Below are positions 1-11,480 of a stretch of 39,166 nt of DNA, piece by piece. Under the pieces are notes generated by a model, which was not told the DNA's origin, did no database searches, and saw only the letters and a program-made list of their open reading frames with translations. Position 1 is the first letter of the stretch; the number at the start of each line of letters is the position of its first letter. The position numbers were made by a program, and so were the translations under genes. The DNA comes from Octopus bimaculoides (Eukaryota), in contig NC_068983.1 in NCBI RefSeq assembly GCF_001194135.2, positions 153,332,243-153,371,408 on the forward strand, given 5' to 3'.

Positions 1-36
1 TATATATATATATAAACAAATAGTAAATGAGTATAT

Positions 37-240
37 GCATATATACGTACAGGTATGTGCATACCGACATCCACCTGTATGTATGTATAGGTGCATATCT
101 GGGTACAGGACATTGCAAACAAAACAGAGTCGAGAAAACACACAAGCCACATAGAGAACATTCTACTTCATCAGCTACCTCCGTTTTAACACCGGCGTTT
201 CGAAGAGCTAGGCAGGACGCATCGGTGAACAAACAAACGA
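37..240. repeat. Dispersed repeat family C, copy 1
   Basis: 37-153 aligns almost base for base with 30995-31109 (gcatatatacgtacaggtatgtgcataccgacatccacctgta...aaaacacacaagccaca). 140-225 aligns with 32607-32695 (caagccacatagagaacatt...gcgtttcgaagag..aggcaggacgcat). Confidence 0.85.
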
Positions 241-402
241 ACGGAAGAAGCGTACAGTACATTGCTAGTTATATTTATTGCGTAAACGATTGAATTACCT
301 CTTCATGCTTCATAAATGGGCATGACAAGTACACATCAAACTTTACGGACAAGTGGCATGGGGTACAGCATCAACCTATTCATCGGTCTCTCTCTGCCTG
401 TG

Positions 403-410
<8 letters not shown>

Positions 411-449
<39 letters not shown>

Positions 450-472
450 TTATCTATCTATCTCTCTCTATC
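411..472. repeat. (CT)n/(ATCT)n microsatellite
   Basis: Direct reading of the sequence. Confidence 0.95.
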
Positions 473-1230
473 TCTGCCACTCATTCATGGACACCCACAC
501 TTGCACATATATATCAGTAATTACAATATATGATTCTTCACTGTAGAGGATTAATCTACGATCGCAATATATGTATGACTCTGTATTGGCAATAAGAAGG
601 TATGTCATTAACTAATAGTTGAAGTCAGATGTAATACTCAATAGAACTGACGTGCACTGAAAAGCGATGTCACCTCAACTAGAGCAATTTGCTGTCCACA
701 TGTTTTATAACTATATATCTGAACCGAGATAGTTAGAGAGAAATATACTGTGAGACATTAATTTCGACGCTTCTCTGTATCATATTGCGCACTTAACGTT
801 TGTGAAACGTTAATATGATCACCGAACGACTTTTGCAGAATAAATGAAGAGTTAAATTAATTGCACACCACCGAATTTTCAAACCCTTTTGTAATGTCAG
901 TTTGCTAGGAGTTGATTTCCTGATGCATTGCACTTGTACCCGTTACTAGCAAATCAGAGTGATTTATTTCTAGAGTTCAAGAAAAAGTTGATAGTGAAGA
1001 GAGAATGTGCCATTTGCATCGATGCCGAATATACGTGTTACATATTCTTTCTAAACTATAATCAATGTTGAAAGGGTTAGCAAAACGCAAACGTCTTGGG
1101 CATATACAATACAAAAGAGGAAGATGAAAATAACATTGACGGGATATTAACCTTCAAACCGTTTCTTTCTTCTTAGCCGGTGCCGTATTGATTGATATGG
1201 TTGCCAACATATGATATTGCTATAACGATT

Positions 1231-1408
1231 ATGTATGTATGTATGCATGTATGTATGTATGTATGTATGTATGTATGCATGCATGCATGCAGGAATGAAT
1301 TTGTGTGTACGTATACATCTCTCTCTCAATATCTCAATGTGTATATATATATATATGTATATAAATACGTATATGCGTGTGTGTGTGTGTTTANNNNNNN
1401 NNNNNNNN

Positions 1409-1469
<61 letters not shown>

Positions 1470-1530
1470 CTGTGTGTGTCTGTGTGGGTGTGTATGTATG
1501 TAGGTATGTGTGTATGCATATATGTATGCA
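1231..1530. repeat. Compound (TATG)n/(TA)n/(TG)n microsatellite with a 15-N gap at 1394-1408
   Basis: Direct reading. It explains the MYVC/YI/CV ORFs in the track. Confidence 0.95.
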
Positions 1531-2044
1531 TAACGGTAATATAAATAAATCGAAAGAAATTCGTTATTTAGAAAATCGAAATATCTAAAGGTAGATATAA
1601 GACCAAGAACATGGAGGTGTTGAAAAGATTCAGAGTAATGGAGGGAAAACCGGATAATTTCCCTTGTGTAATGAATTTCACTGCTTATCATGACACTAGA
1701 AAATATCAGATAGTTTTATGAAGCATATACGATCTTTGTTTTTCAAAGTATCTATATTTTCTTGAGGAGGAAAATGAAAACTGTATAGAATAAATATTGC
1801 ATACTGTTTTGTGATAAGAACCCAATTGGCGTTCTATTCTGAGGATATAAATAAAGTATGTTTTAAAATACCCTATGTATGTAAATATTCTGAATGCTTT
1901 TGCTCAGAAAATTTAAGTGTAAATAATTTTCTGTAATCTCCAAAGTAAAAAATAAATACGCAGTAGGAGCACTATCACTTCCTTATACCACCCCTAGCAT
2001 ACGTATATGTATATGTATATGTATGTATATATATATATATATAT

Positions 2045-2594
2045 NNNNNNNNNNNNNNNNNNNNNNNNNNNNNNNNNNNNNNNNNNNNNNNNNNNNNNNN
2101 NNNNNNNNNNNNNNNNNNNNNNNNNNNNNNNNNNNNNNNNNNNNNNNNNNNNNNNNNNNNNNNNNNNNNNNNNNNNNNNNNNNNNNNNNNNNNNNNNNNN
2201 NNNNNNNNNNNNNNNNNNNNNNNNNNNNNNNNNNNNNNNNNNNNNNNNNNNNNNNNNNNNNNNNNNNNNNNNNNNNNNNNNNNNNNNNNNNNNNNNNNNN
2301 NNNNNNNNNNNNNNNNNNNNNNNNNNNNNNNNNNNNNNNNNNNNNNNNNNNNNNNNNNNNNNNNNNNNNNNNNNNNNNNNNNNNNNNNNNNNNNNNNNNN
2401 NNNNNNNNNNNNNNNNNNNNNNNNNNNNNNNNNNNNNNNNNNNNNNNNNNNNNNNNNNNNNNNNNNNNNNNNNNNNNNNNNNNNNNNNNNNNNNNNNNNN
2501 NNNNNNNNNNNNNNNNNNNNNNNNNNNNNNNNNNNNNNNNNNNNNNNNNNNNNNNNNNNNNNNNNNNNNNNNNNNNNNNNNNNNNNNNNNNNNN
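2045..2594. other. Assembly gap (550 N) flanked by (TA)n
   Basis: N run with TA repeats on both sides. Confidence 1.
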
Positions 2595-2595
2595 A

Positions 2596-2626
<31 letters not shown>

Positions 2627-2800
2627 GTATATACAGATATACATATATACATATGCATATATATGAATATTTAATTTAAATTTATATATTGATGCATATA
2701 TGCTTATTCAAATATATATCTGGTGTCTGTGCATATATATGTATGTATGGATGTATATACCCATGTGTATATATGTATATAGACACATATCTATTTGCCT

Positions 2801-2848
2801 TCTTTTACTTGTTTCAGTCATTTGACTGCGGCCATGCTAGTTCCCCGC
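2801..2848 (-). mobile_element. SINE family A, short 3' fragment
   Basis: tcttttacttgtttcagtcatttgactgcggccatgct matches the reverse complement of the 3' end of the long copy at ~17235-17275 (cccagggttgccgcagtctcatgatcaaaacaaaaga). Confidence 0.65.
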
Positions 2849-2877
2849 ATTTATTATTTTAAAACAAGAATACTATT

Positions 2878-2908
2878 AAGTTCCGGCATATGACGCCATC
2901 GTCGGACT
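2878..2908 (-). ncRNA. Degenerate hammerhead-ribozyme-like motif at the PLE 3' end
   Basis: Minus strand reads agtc-CGACGA-T-GGC-gtcatat-GCC-GGAAC-tt, i.e. CCGACGA / 3-bp stem II / GGAAC. It has two substitutions relative to the CUGANGA and GAAAC boxes and the same orientation as the PLE ORF. Confidence 0.45.
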
Positions 2909-3614
2909 GCAATGCATTTAATTTAGTTTTTGGCTTCTATTGTCTCTGTTGAGCGAAAATCATCCTTTCATTTAAGGGTTTTAAGTTTTTACGTGGTTTG
3001 TTATGAATGGATGTTTTGGAGAATTTCTATTGATTGAATTTGGTGTTAAATAATTGTTTAGAATTTATTCATGTTTGTAGAACTTTGTAAGCATGTGTGA
3101 ATATTGAGGTGTGTCGCATTTGTTAGGTATAGGAAGTGTCAGTAGTTTTAGTTACTGTTGGCTTTATTGGATTAAATCTTTTAGTAATTGGGTGTGGTAA
3201 AGAATGCAGGTAGGTGTTATGTTTTAGCAACTCAATTTCTTCAGTTGTTTTTCTTATTTAGAGTATTTCCTGCTTTCATCTGGAAGGAGGAGTATATTAG
3301 TCGGTGATGCCATGGTATTGTTAATATCGAAAATTATTTATCTTGTGCATTGATGTTCCCAAGAGGATGCCTGTAGATGCATACACATATATATTTCTAT
3401 ACTTATATTAGAAATGCCTTTGTGTGTATTTTTGTTGGAAATAGAGTAACTTTTGGATCATTTCCACAATTCTTATTGAGTGTAAAACTTTAAAAGCGTT
3501 TCTTTATGTATATTTCAGGGTAGTTTATTGTGTAGGTAGATGGAGAGGAGTTGATGAGATATGTACATGTTTAGCTATTAGAACCAATTATTTGTTTGAA
3601 ATGCCTTAGTGTTT

Positions 3615-4006
3615 CTAAAATATTGTGTTTGCATGAAGAAACTAGTTCAGAGTCTCGGTTCAGAATTTGGTCTATGAATGTGTAAATGTGGTAGGATTCA
3701 TGTGTACAAAGTTGATAGGATTTGTTGTTATCTTGGTTGCGCGTGTGTGAGTATTTTCAAGCTAATGTTACATAGTGTGCTTTTTTATTTTAATGTTCAT
3801 ATATATTTGGATAATGATGTACCTCTTTAGGTTTCAAAACGTGTGTGTGTATGCTAGCTGTAATGTGTCCTGAGCCGATTTACTGTAGATAATATATATG
3901 TAGATAAATAGTTAGTGTCGTCTTCGTTGGTACCGTTGCACTATATGTGATATTTCTTAAGAGGCAATTTCCTTGACGAGGGCAAGATGGAGGTATTGTA
4001 CAATTG
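3615..4006 (-). pseudogene. GIY-YIG endonuclease domain of the PLE, disrupted
   Basis: Cys-rich NC..PSCPRQGNC linker, then ITYSATV, GTSLSKYI(W>stop), ISLKILTHAQP, QLCTHESYHI and LNRDSELVSSCKH. Multiple stops and frameshifts. Confidence 0.8.
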
Positions 4007-4129
4007 AAATAATTATTATATTGGTGTTTCCTGTTTCTAATTTTAATCAATTTCTAGTAGTTCTAATTGGCTAGCGTATGACAATTTTACCTTGCGATTG
4101 TTTATTAGTTTCTAGTACTTGTGATTGGA

Positions 4130-4560
4130 GGTGGAAGTATTTTTGAAGTGTTTTGAAAAATAATTTAGCTCTTGGTGTAGGGAATTGTAAATTGAAGTGG
4201 CGGGGATTACGATATTTTCCTTTTTCTCTTCTTATACACTTTATTTATTGCAGGACGTTTGCTGTTTATACATTGCACCTTTTCCTTGTAACAGCTGTTA
4301 CTGAAAACTTCCTTACATGGAGTTGTTTGGTTATTTAGTTAAGATAAATGTTCTTTACTAAAGTCTCGTTAACGCTTTGTGGGTTGTCGGATTGTTTATG
4401 TATATACTGAAATTATTCGTTGTGTTTCCTCTATGGTTTATACATACTGAATTCCAGATGGAGAGTAACATCTAGGAAGTTACCTGACTTCATGTGTATT
4501 TCTACTGCAATAGGGAATCCCAAGTTTTTGAAGTGTTGTATTTCCTTCCTAAAGTTATCA
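4130..4560 (-). pseudogene. Reverse transcriptase C-terminal/thumb region of the PLE, disrupted
   Basis: NFLDVTL...YKP*RK...YIHKQSDNP matches the PLE RT pattern NFLDVTxxLxxxxYKPYRKPxxxxxYIxxxSNHP that I recall. The catalytic YxDD motif is not readable. Confidence 0.8.
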
Positions 4561-4787
4561 GTTTTTTTTATATACATATTTTTTGAATATTTGGATTACT
4601 TCCAAATTTCATTAATTATTGCAATAGTAATCTATAATCAGACTGAAATCAAGCCCGAAAACTATACAACCACGGTTATACTTGATAGTAGTTTACACAG
4701 ACCTAATTTCTTGCCCGGAAAGGAAACCACAAGATCTAGCTTTCATGTGTGTTAACATTTATTTCAAAAATTATTTTTAACATAGTC

Positions 4788-4895
4788 AGGGGATAGATAT
4801 TTGGCGAGAGGAGTTAGGTGGTTCAATCTATCTCAGTTTATAACTGGAATATTATTATCGACCCCAGAATGATGAAGATTGATTTCGATATTGAT
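4788..4895 (-). mobile_element. SINE family B fragment at the upstream edge of the PLE
   Basis: actggaatattattatcgaccccagaatgatgaag aligns with the reverse complement of 28841-28878 (actggtatatattttattgaccccgaaagaatgaag). Confidence 0.65.
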
Positions 4896-7800
4896 TGATT
4901 TTCTACTCTAAACGTAAACATACGGATTTACATAGCATACTGTTCAGTTGGAATCGTAATCGTCTCTTCGTTGTATTTATGACATAAGTAGATAATGTAC
5001 ATGTCTTATACTCTTTGGTAATATGGCTGTTTCCTCAGCATATATATCACCTCAATTCAGAATAATGCATCTAAGTTAAGTTTGGCAAATAAAATACTGT
5101 ATTATTTACAGTATTATTATTATGTGGGAAAATAGACTATTCCATGATCTTTTCGTTTATTTGTCCAACAAGTAATTTGAGTATATTATGACAAAATGAT
5201 ACTCCACGTATTAAAACTACTGTGGTGATGCTCTGACCATCCTGTAATCTTGAATACAACAGATCAATGTGCCACTTCTTTAATTAAACATTAAGTTATA
5301 TTTCAATGAATTGCTATTCTATCAATGAGACCTACAATCTTCGATAATACACATACTAAAAAAGTCTGGAACTACATCATGCAGACCAAATTGAAGTGTA
5401 GATGCGCGTACCCCTGATATCCAGTAATACTGGTAATTCAGTTTGTCAGAAATGTCATACACAATGACTTTCTCGTTATATATTTCCTACGGAAATATAT
5501 TTTCATTATTATTGTTAGAGTCCCGATGAAATCTAGAAGGTACTAGCATATTCCTTATTTACTTGAATACGCAGCATGTGACTTTGCAGTCTGTTTTTGT
5601 TTTACTAGCAGTATAAAAGAAAATTGTTCAAATAATGTTTCCTACGGGGTACTTGTTACATTGACTTAGTGTAACGTAGCACGCAAAACAAAAATTAAAA
5701 AAAAAAGTAATCTATATTGTATAAAATTTTAGATTTCATGCAGAAAAAAAATTATAAATATATGAAAGGAAATATAACAGCAGAAAGCGTATAATTAGGG
5801 AATAAAAGTTGAATATTCAATATCACTATCAGCGGAAATATTTTCATTCTCAGAATTTCTAGAGGAAACCTGAAACAAGTGTACATCACTTCCCTAGGTT
5901 TTAGCTTTTCTGCTACATTTTCATTTTCTTTTGCATACTTTTAACGTTTTATTATAATGTACGATGAAATTTCTTTATTGTTAAAGGTTTCGATAAATTC
6001 TATGTTCATATAATACACATAGCTTATACATCATATCCATTTATTTATACGAATAACATTATAAATCACGTTTGATGTTTAATGTTATATAATTTTAACA
6101 TCGTCCAAAAACTATCATGTTCGATTTCAAACTGATGATGAATTGAGTTAATATATTTTACAACCCAGAACATAAACATGGTTTATTACATGGTGTAAAC
6201 ATTATGGCATAAGTGCCTCTTTTTTTATATTTGTCATATATTTCGATAACGGAATTGTCTTATATTTTCTAGAAGTAAGGGTGTTCCCGCAGCAATCCTA
6301 ACTATGAATTCGGATTGAATGATAGCCGAGGTAACAAAAAGAAAGGCTTTGAAAGAAAATACACGGCTACATAAACAAGAGTGGGTATCCCTACGACTAA
6401 AAAAGAATAATCGTCTTTGTTAATACTGTAGAAAAAGCATCTCGTAATCACAAATGCAGCATGATATATACGTACACATGACGGGGAGCATTTCAGTTGT
6501 AAAGGTAGAAAATGTTGAAGGTTTTTTTTCTTTTATATCAACATAATTCATGTTTTCCCAAAGTCGATCTGATACGCGATACTTTATGCTCACCGTTATG
6601 CAACTCACTGGACAGTTAAAAGTTACGATTAGTTTTTCACGGAAAGAAAGAGTAAAATTATATTAGTAATACAATTGTTAATTTAATCTTATTAACATTG
6701 ACTCAGAGAGACATATGAACCATTTTCGGATAGCAAAATAAAAGGAATTTTGAAATAAGTGAGGTCAACATCCAGTTAAAACATTTGCCTGAAGGCTTTT
6801 AAAGAAACCTGATGAGAAAATGGATTATGGAGGTATATAAGCAATGAGTGAAATCAATATATTTGACAATATGACTGGCACATGCCAAAGGTGAGTCAAT
6901 TGAGAAGTTATACATTAATGGTGCAGATGTATTACTTTCACAGAAGAAGCAAAAAGATAGAACCGTTTTATATGTATACGGGCTTGAACTTCATGCATGA
7001 CTGAAATGTTAGCGTTTGTACCACACAGCCTTAGATATACGGCAGGTACATCAATGGAAGTTGCATTTGTGTTTCTTCAGATAAGTTATTGCATGGAGAC
7101 GAGATGTTTTGTAATACTGAAAACAGACCATAGTATTTGGTGTGGGTGGTGCAATGTTTATATATATCACTATGTATCGCATAGTCAGTAGAGAATGATG
7201 GTGGTGGTATTGAGTTGAAGTAACAAAAGTAAATAGCCGGAACAAATGAAAATAACAATATACATAAGATAAGGGGTACAACGTTTAGAAAAAATAAATA
7301 GAGAAATAAGAATTGTGCAAGAAATATAATATGGCTAGTTACGGATGACAGTATGGAGATATCGAATGAATACGAATTCAGGAACTCTGTTGTCCCATGC
7401 AAATGTAGAAATCTAAAAATAATATGCCCATCAGTGTGTTAAACCACTGCTTTATCTAGAATATCTATCACCAAAATCTCCTTCAAGTCTGAGCATTATG
7501 GCAATTCGAATGAGCTGTTTCTTCCGCAAAGATACAATTCTATACTAGCTATATATATATTCTAGCATGTATAGCGTCCATGATACATAACAGCCAAGCA
7601 GACAAATGATTAAAATCATCCGATTCCGCACTTCACTCTAAATATTATACCCATTATAAACTCACCATCCCATGCTCTTGAAGAATTTAGGGATGAAAAT
7701 AGACGAAATGGTTATTCATATAAACAGTATACATAGGGAGTAGGGGATAAGTGGTAGAAATCAATGAATATATTTTCCTCTGCAGTTCCATATCATAAAG

Positions 7801-7985
7801 CGTTTTGTCAAATGTAGTTCATTTCGTTTATGTCTGTATAGTTACATATATGAGTACCTGTAATGACAAAGAATGCGATATATATATTCGTAAATTGTAT
7901 ATATAAAAAAAATAACACTAAATAGCCTTTCGGTATGTGTGAAAATATCATTTTCGACACAATTTTTATGTTTTGCACGTATCAT

Positions 7986-8088
7986 ACACTCACACACACA
8001 TACACATATGCAAGTATGTATGTATGTATGTATATATGTATATATATATATATATATATNNNNNNNNNNNNNNNNNNNNNNNNNNNNN

Positions 8089-8126
<38 letters not shown>

Positions 8127-8203
8127 TACAACGACAGACACACAGATAGATAGATAGATATATAGATAGATAGATAGATAGATAGACAGATAGATAGATA
8201 GAC
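7986..8203. repeat. Compound (CA)/(TATG)/(TA) - 29-N gap - (TAGA)n microsatellite
   Basis: Direct reading. Gap at 8060-8088. Confidence 0.95.
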
Positions 8204-9799
8204 ACTAAGCAGTGGCCGGAAATAATGGATTGTATTTTACAACGATATTGCTGCAAACATTTCCTTTTTACTTTACAACCATTCGAGTATTTCGATGAAC
8301 CAGTTATCATTGACTAATGGGCACACACCATATATAACTCTCCGATCAAACGTGCCCGGACACTTATTTGTTGCTCACACCCGTTATCTTGGTTACATTC
8401 TAAATTCGAATACCCCACTGAAAAGTTGCATATACGTGCATGCAGAAACGTCTTTCCTCAACATTCAGTTGCCTTGCTTTGATATCAGGAACAAAAATCA
8501 AATGGTACAGGGACTCATGCGACCCATTCCTCATTCCTATAGCTTCATTTGTCGTCTCTACCACAGTATAAACTTCCACAATCGAGCTGAACTGAATGTT
8601 TATCCCTCATCTTTCACGAAGAACATCTAGGTGACATGAAAAGCCATCGGGATCTATAACGCTAAAACTCTGGTGGCTTGAGTAAGTATTCTACAAATTT
8701 ACGTCAAGTACGGTAGCATATGCTTTTAAAATCGGTACTTTCTGTAACAATTACTGTTATCTCTAACTCATATGTTTGACTCTGGGACAAAAATACAGCG
8801 CTGAAAAGTGCAACGATAATTGCATAACAATTTTAGAAAAGTTTCTTTTGAAAGTGTAATGACTTCCGTTTAGATGAACCGCATTATCAGCATTAAGAAA
8901 GTGAAATTACCTCATCTACATCTGATGTGGGTTGACAATCTATGTTGCCTGCAGTAAAACTATTATTGTACGAAATTTAGCACTATGATATCTGTATTAT
9001 ACTACGTTAAAGATTGAAATTTAAATATAAAATGAATGTACTGTTCAACTGATTGGAAGTAATTGCAAACATTTTCTGGTAGCTTTATGGTGAAATTAAT
9101 TAATTCACATTGATTTCATTTTTGTAACTTTATTTGATAACAATGTTATTAAATATTGTTTAGTTATTTGTTAAGATTTAACAACTTGCTTCATTTGATT
9201 TTTGTTGTTGTTATATTGTTTTTCTTTTTAAAATTTGTTGACAAAATAAATGATAGAGAGAAAATTGATATACTTTGTTTTATTTCCTCTCAAATGCATT
9301 CTTACATCAAATTTCGAATCATTTACAATGCAGAACATTATCTTTTTAATGCTATGTTAATTTTTCCTAAAATATTTATTATCATAAGTCAACTTGCTGC
9401 AATATCGGTTATCATTTTATTTCAATGCCAATGTAATGAATGATATGATATATATAAAATAAAACAATTTTAACTCTTAGTTAACTTCGCAGTAGAATTC
9501 GATGCTATTGAAATGTCTTGAAATCGATTGAATTAAATCAATTTAATGTTTCTTGTTTTCCCTGAATTTATGGAAGTAAAGATAAGCAATATATGACTTT
9601 ATATAATAGAGTACAAGACATAAAAATTGTGTCGAAAATGATACTTTCCACATAACTCTACGCACCTAGCACTGCTTCCTGATTTCTGTTACATACATGT
9701 AAAGGAGTATTACATAAAAGTTTCCGACAGATATTCTATATGCTTATTTGAGTTTCTAAACATAAACGCTAAATGTATTTAAATCATCCTACCGTTATA

Positions 9800-9840
9800 A
9801 ACAGACAGACAGACAGACACACGCGCGCGCGCGTGCACAC
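9800..9840. repeat. (CAGA)n followed by an alternating (CA)/(CG)6 tract
   Basis: acagacagacagacagacacacgcgcgcgcgcgtgcacac. Confidence 0.9.
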
Positions 9841-10384
9841 AAAGGAGAAAGAAAAACATGAAGGTGACGACTGCCATTCATTTTGCTATAGGTAAACTCA
9901 GTCAAGGCTGAAATGGAGCAATTCGACAATAACACCTTAAACTTTATTTTATATATCCTAGTATATACAATGTAGTGCTCAAGATGTAACAAGAAAATGC
10001 TAATATGATTGCAATACTGCCTAACGAAAGGCCACTCACAGACATACAAACGCATACACAAAGTCACACACACACGCACATATTTATATGTATGTATGTT
10101 GTGTGTTCAAAGAATGAGTGAGAAGTTAGCCTTCCAAATTGTAGCTGATCCGGTTTATTCAGGCTGATTTTTTTTATCTCCGCACTCTGGTTATATGCAA
10201 GTGCGATTTTCAAGCGAGAAATCTTTGAAATACAATTCGGTGAATTCATTGTAGAATTTTGTGCGTGCTGTCTTATGTTGAGTTTCTTCATTAGTATGCA
10301 TTGTTCGGTTGCCAAATGGATATGAATTTTCATATTCCTCCAAGGTCGATGCGTTAAAACGTTGTTCATATGAGTTTGTGTTGG

Positions 10385-11070
10385 TCTGTCTCTCTCTGTC
10401 TCTCTATGTCTCTCTCTGTCTCTCTCTGTCTCTCTCTGTCTCTCTCTGTCTCTCTGTCTGTCTCTCTGTCTCTGTCTGTCTCTCTCTCTCTCTCTTTATC
10501 TTTATATATATATAAATATGTATATATATATANNNNNNNNNNNNNNNNNNNNNNNNNNNNNNNNNNNNNNNNNNNNNNNNNNNNNNNNNNNNNNNNNNNN
10601 NNNNNNNNNNNNNNNNNNNNNNNNNNNNNNNNNNNNNNNNNNNNNNNNNNNNNNNNNNNNNNNNNNNNNNNNNNNNNNNNNNNNNNNNNNNNNNNNNNNN
10701 NNNNNNNNNNNNNNNNNNNNNNNNNNNNNNNNNNNNNNNNNNNNNNNNNNNNNNNNNNNNNNNNNNNNNNNNNNNNNNNNNNNNNNNNNNNNNNNNNNNN
10801 NNNNNNNNNNNNNNNNNNNNNNNNNNNNNNNNNNNNNNNNNNNNNNNNNNNNNNNNNNNNNNNNNNNNNNNNNNNNNNNNNNNNNNNNNNNNNNNNNNNN
10901 NNNNNNNNNNNNNNNNNNNNNNNNNNNNNNNNNNNNNNNNNNNNNNNNNNNNNNNNNNNNNNNNNNNNNNNNNNNNNNNNNNNNNNNNNNNNNNNNNNNN
11001 NNNNNNNNNNNNNNNNNNNNNNNNNNNNNNNNNNNNNNNNNNNNNNNNNNNNNNNNNNTATATATATATA
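10385..11070. repeat. (TC/TCTG) microsatellite, (TA)n and a 526-N gap (10533-11058)
   Basis: Direct reading. Confidence 0.95.
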
Positions 11071-11480
11071 AAGTGAGAAGGAAAAAGAAAGGGAGAATCC
11101 TCCATGACGTGAGGTACGTGGAATGTAATTATAATGCTTTCAAGTGTTTAGATGAAGGGAAAGAGAGAAGGGAAAAGGAGAGAGAGAAAGCGATGATAAG
11201 TCGAAAAGTGACAAAGAAAGAAATAGAAAGAAAAGGAGGGATTGAGACAAGACTGAGAAAGAAAGAGCGTCCATGGTAGGGGGAATGTTATGTGGTATCG
11301 TCCATGGTAGGGGGAATGTAATATTTATTACGTGCTTAGAAAAGTTAGTTGAAGGCCATGATAAAGAGAGAGTTAGAAATACAATTTTAGCCGAAGTACG
11401 ATGTTCCAATGGTAACGGTAAAGAAAAGAAGAGGGAGAGGGGAGAGAGAGAAAGGGGGAGGGAGGTGGGGAAAGGGAGTT
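11071..11480 (+). repeat. Purine-rich (GA-type) low-complexity tract
   Basis: Long A/G-dominated runs on the plus strand. Confidence 0.7.

Larger units (their letters stand above)
2875..4790 (-). mobile_element. Decayed Penelope-like retroelement (RT C-terminus, GIY-YIG endonuclease, 3' tail/pseudo-LTR)
   Basis: Manual minus-strand translation through stops and frameshifts gives the expected PLE order: DNFRKEIQHFKNLGFPIAV; NFLDVTLHLEFSMYKP*RKHNE*FQYIHKQSDNP (RT thumb); RKIS*SPP / KLFFKTLQKYF / VKLSY (linker); NCTIPPSCPRQGNCLLRNITYSATV; GTSLSKYI*TLK; NNKSYQLCTHESYHI...ILNRDSELVSSCKH (endonuclease). The coding strand is strongly A/C-biased. Boundaries are approximate. Confidence 0.85.

Noticed and set aside
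960-1070. RING-finger-like ECAICIDAEYTC peptide after a possible acceptor
   Set aside because: There is no following CxH or later Cys pairs and a stop comes soon after. A short CxxC match is expected by chance.
6844-6896. Strong donor AAG/GTGAGT after a short ORF MSEINIFDNMTGTCQ
   Set aside because: An isolated splice-like site with an unrecognised 15-aa peptide and no matching downstream exon.
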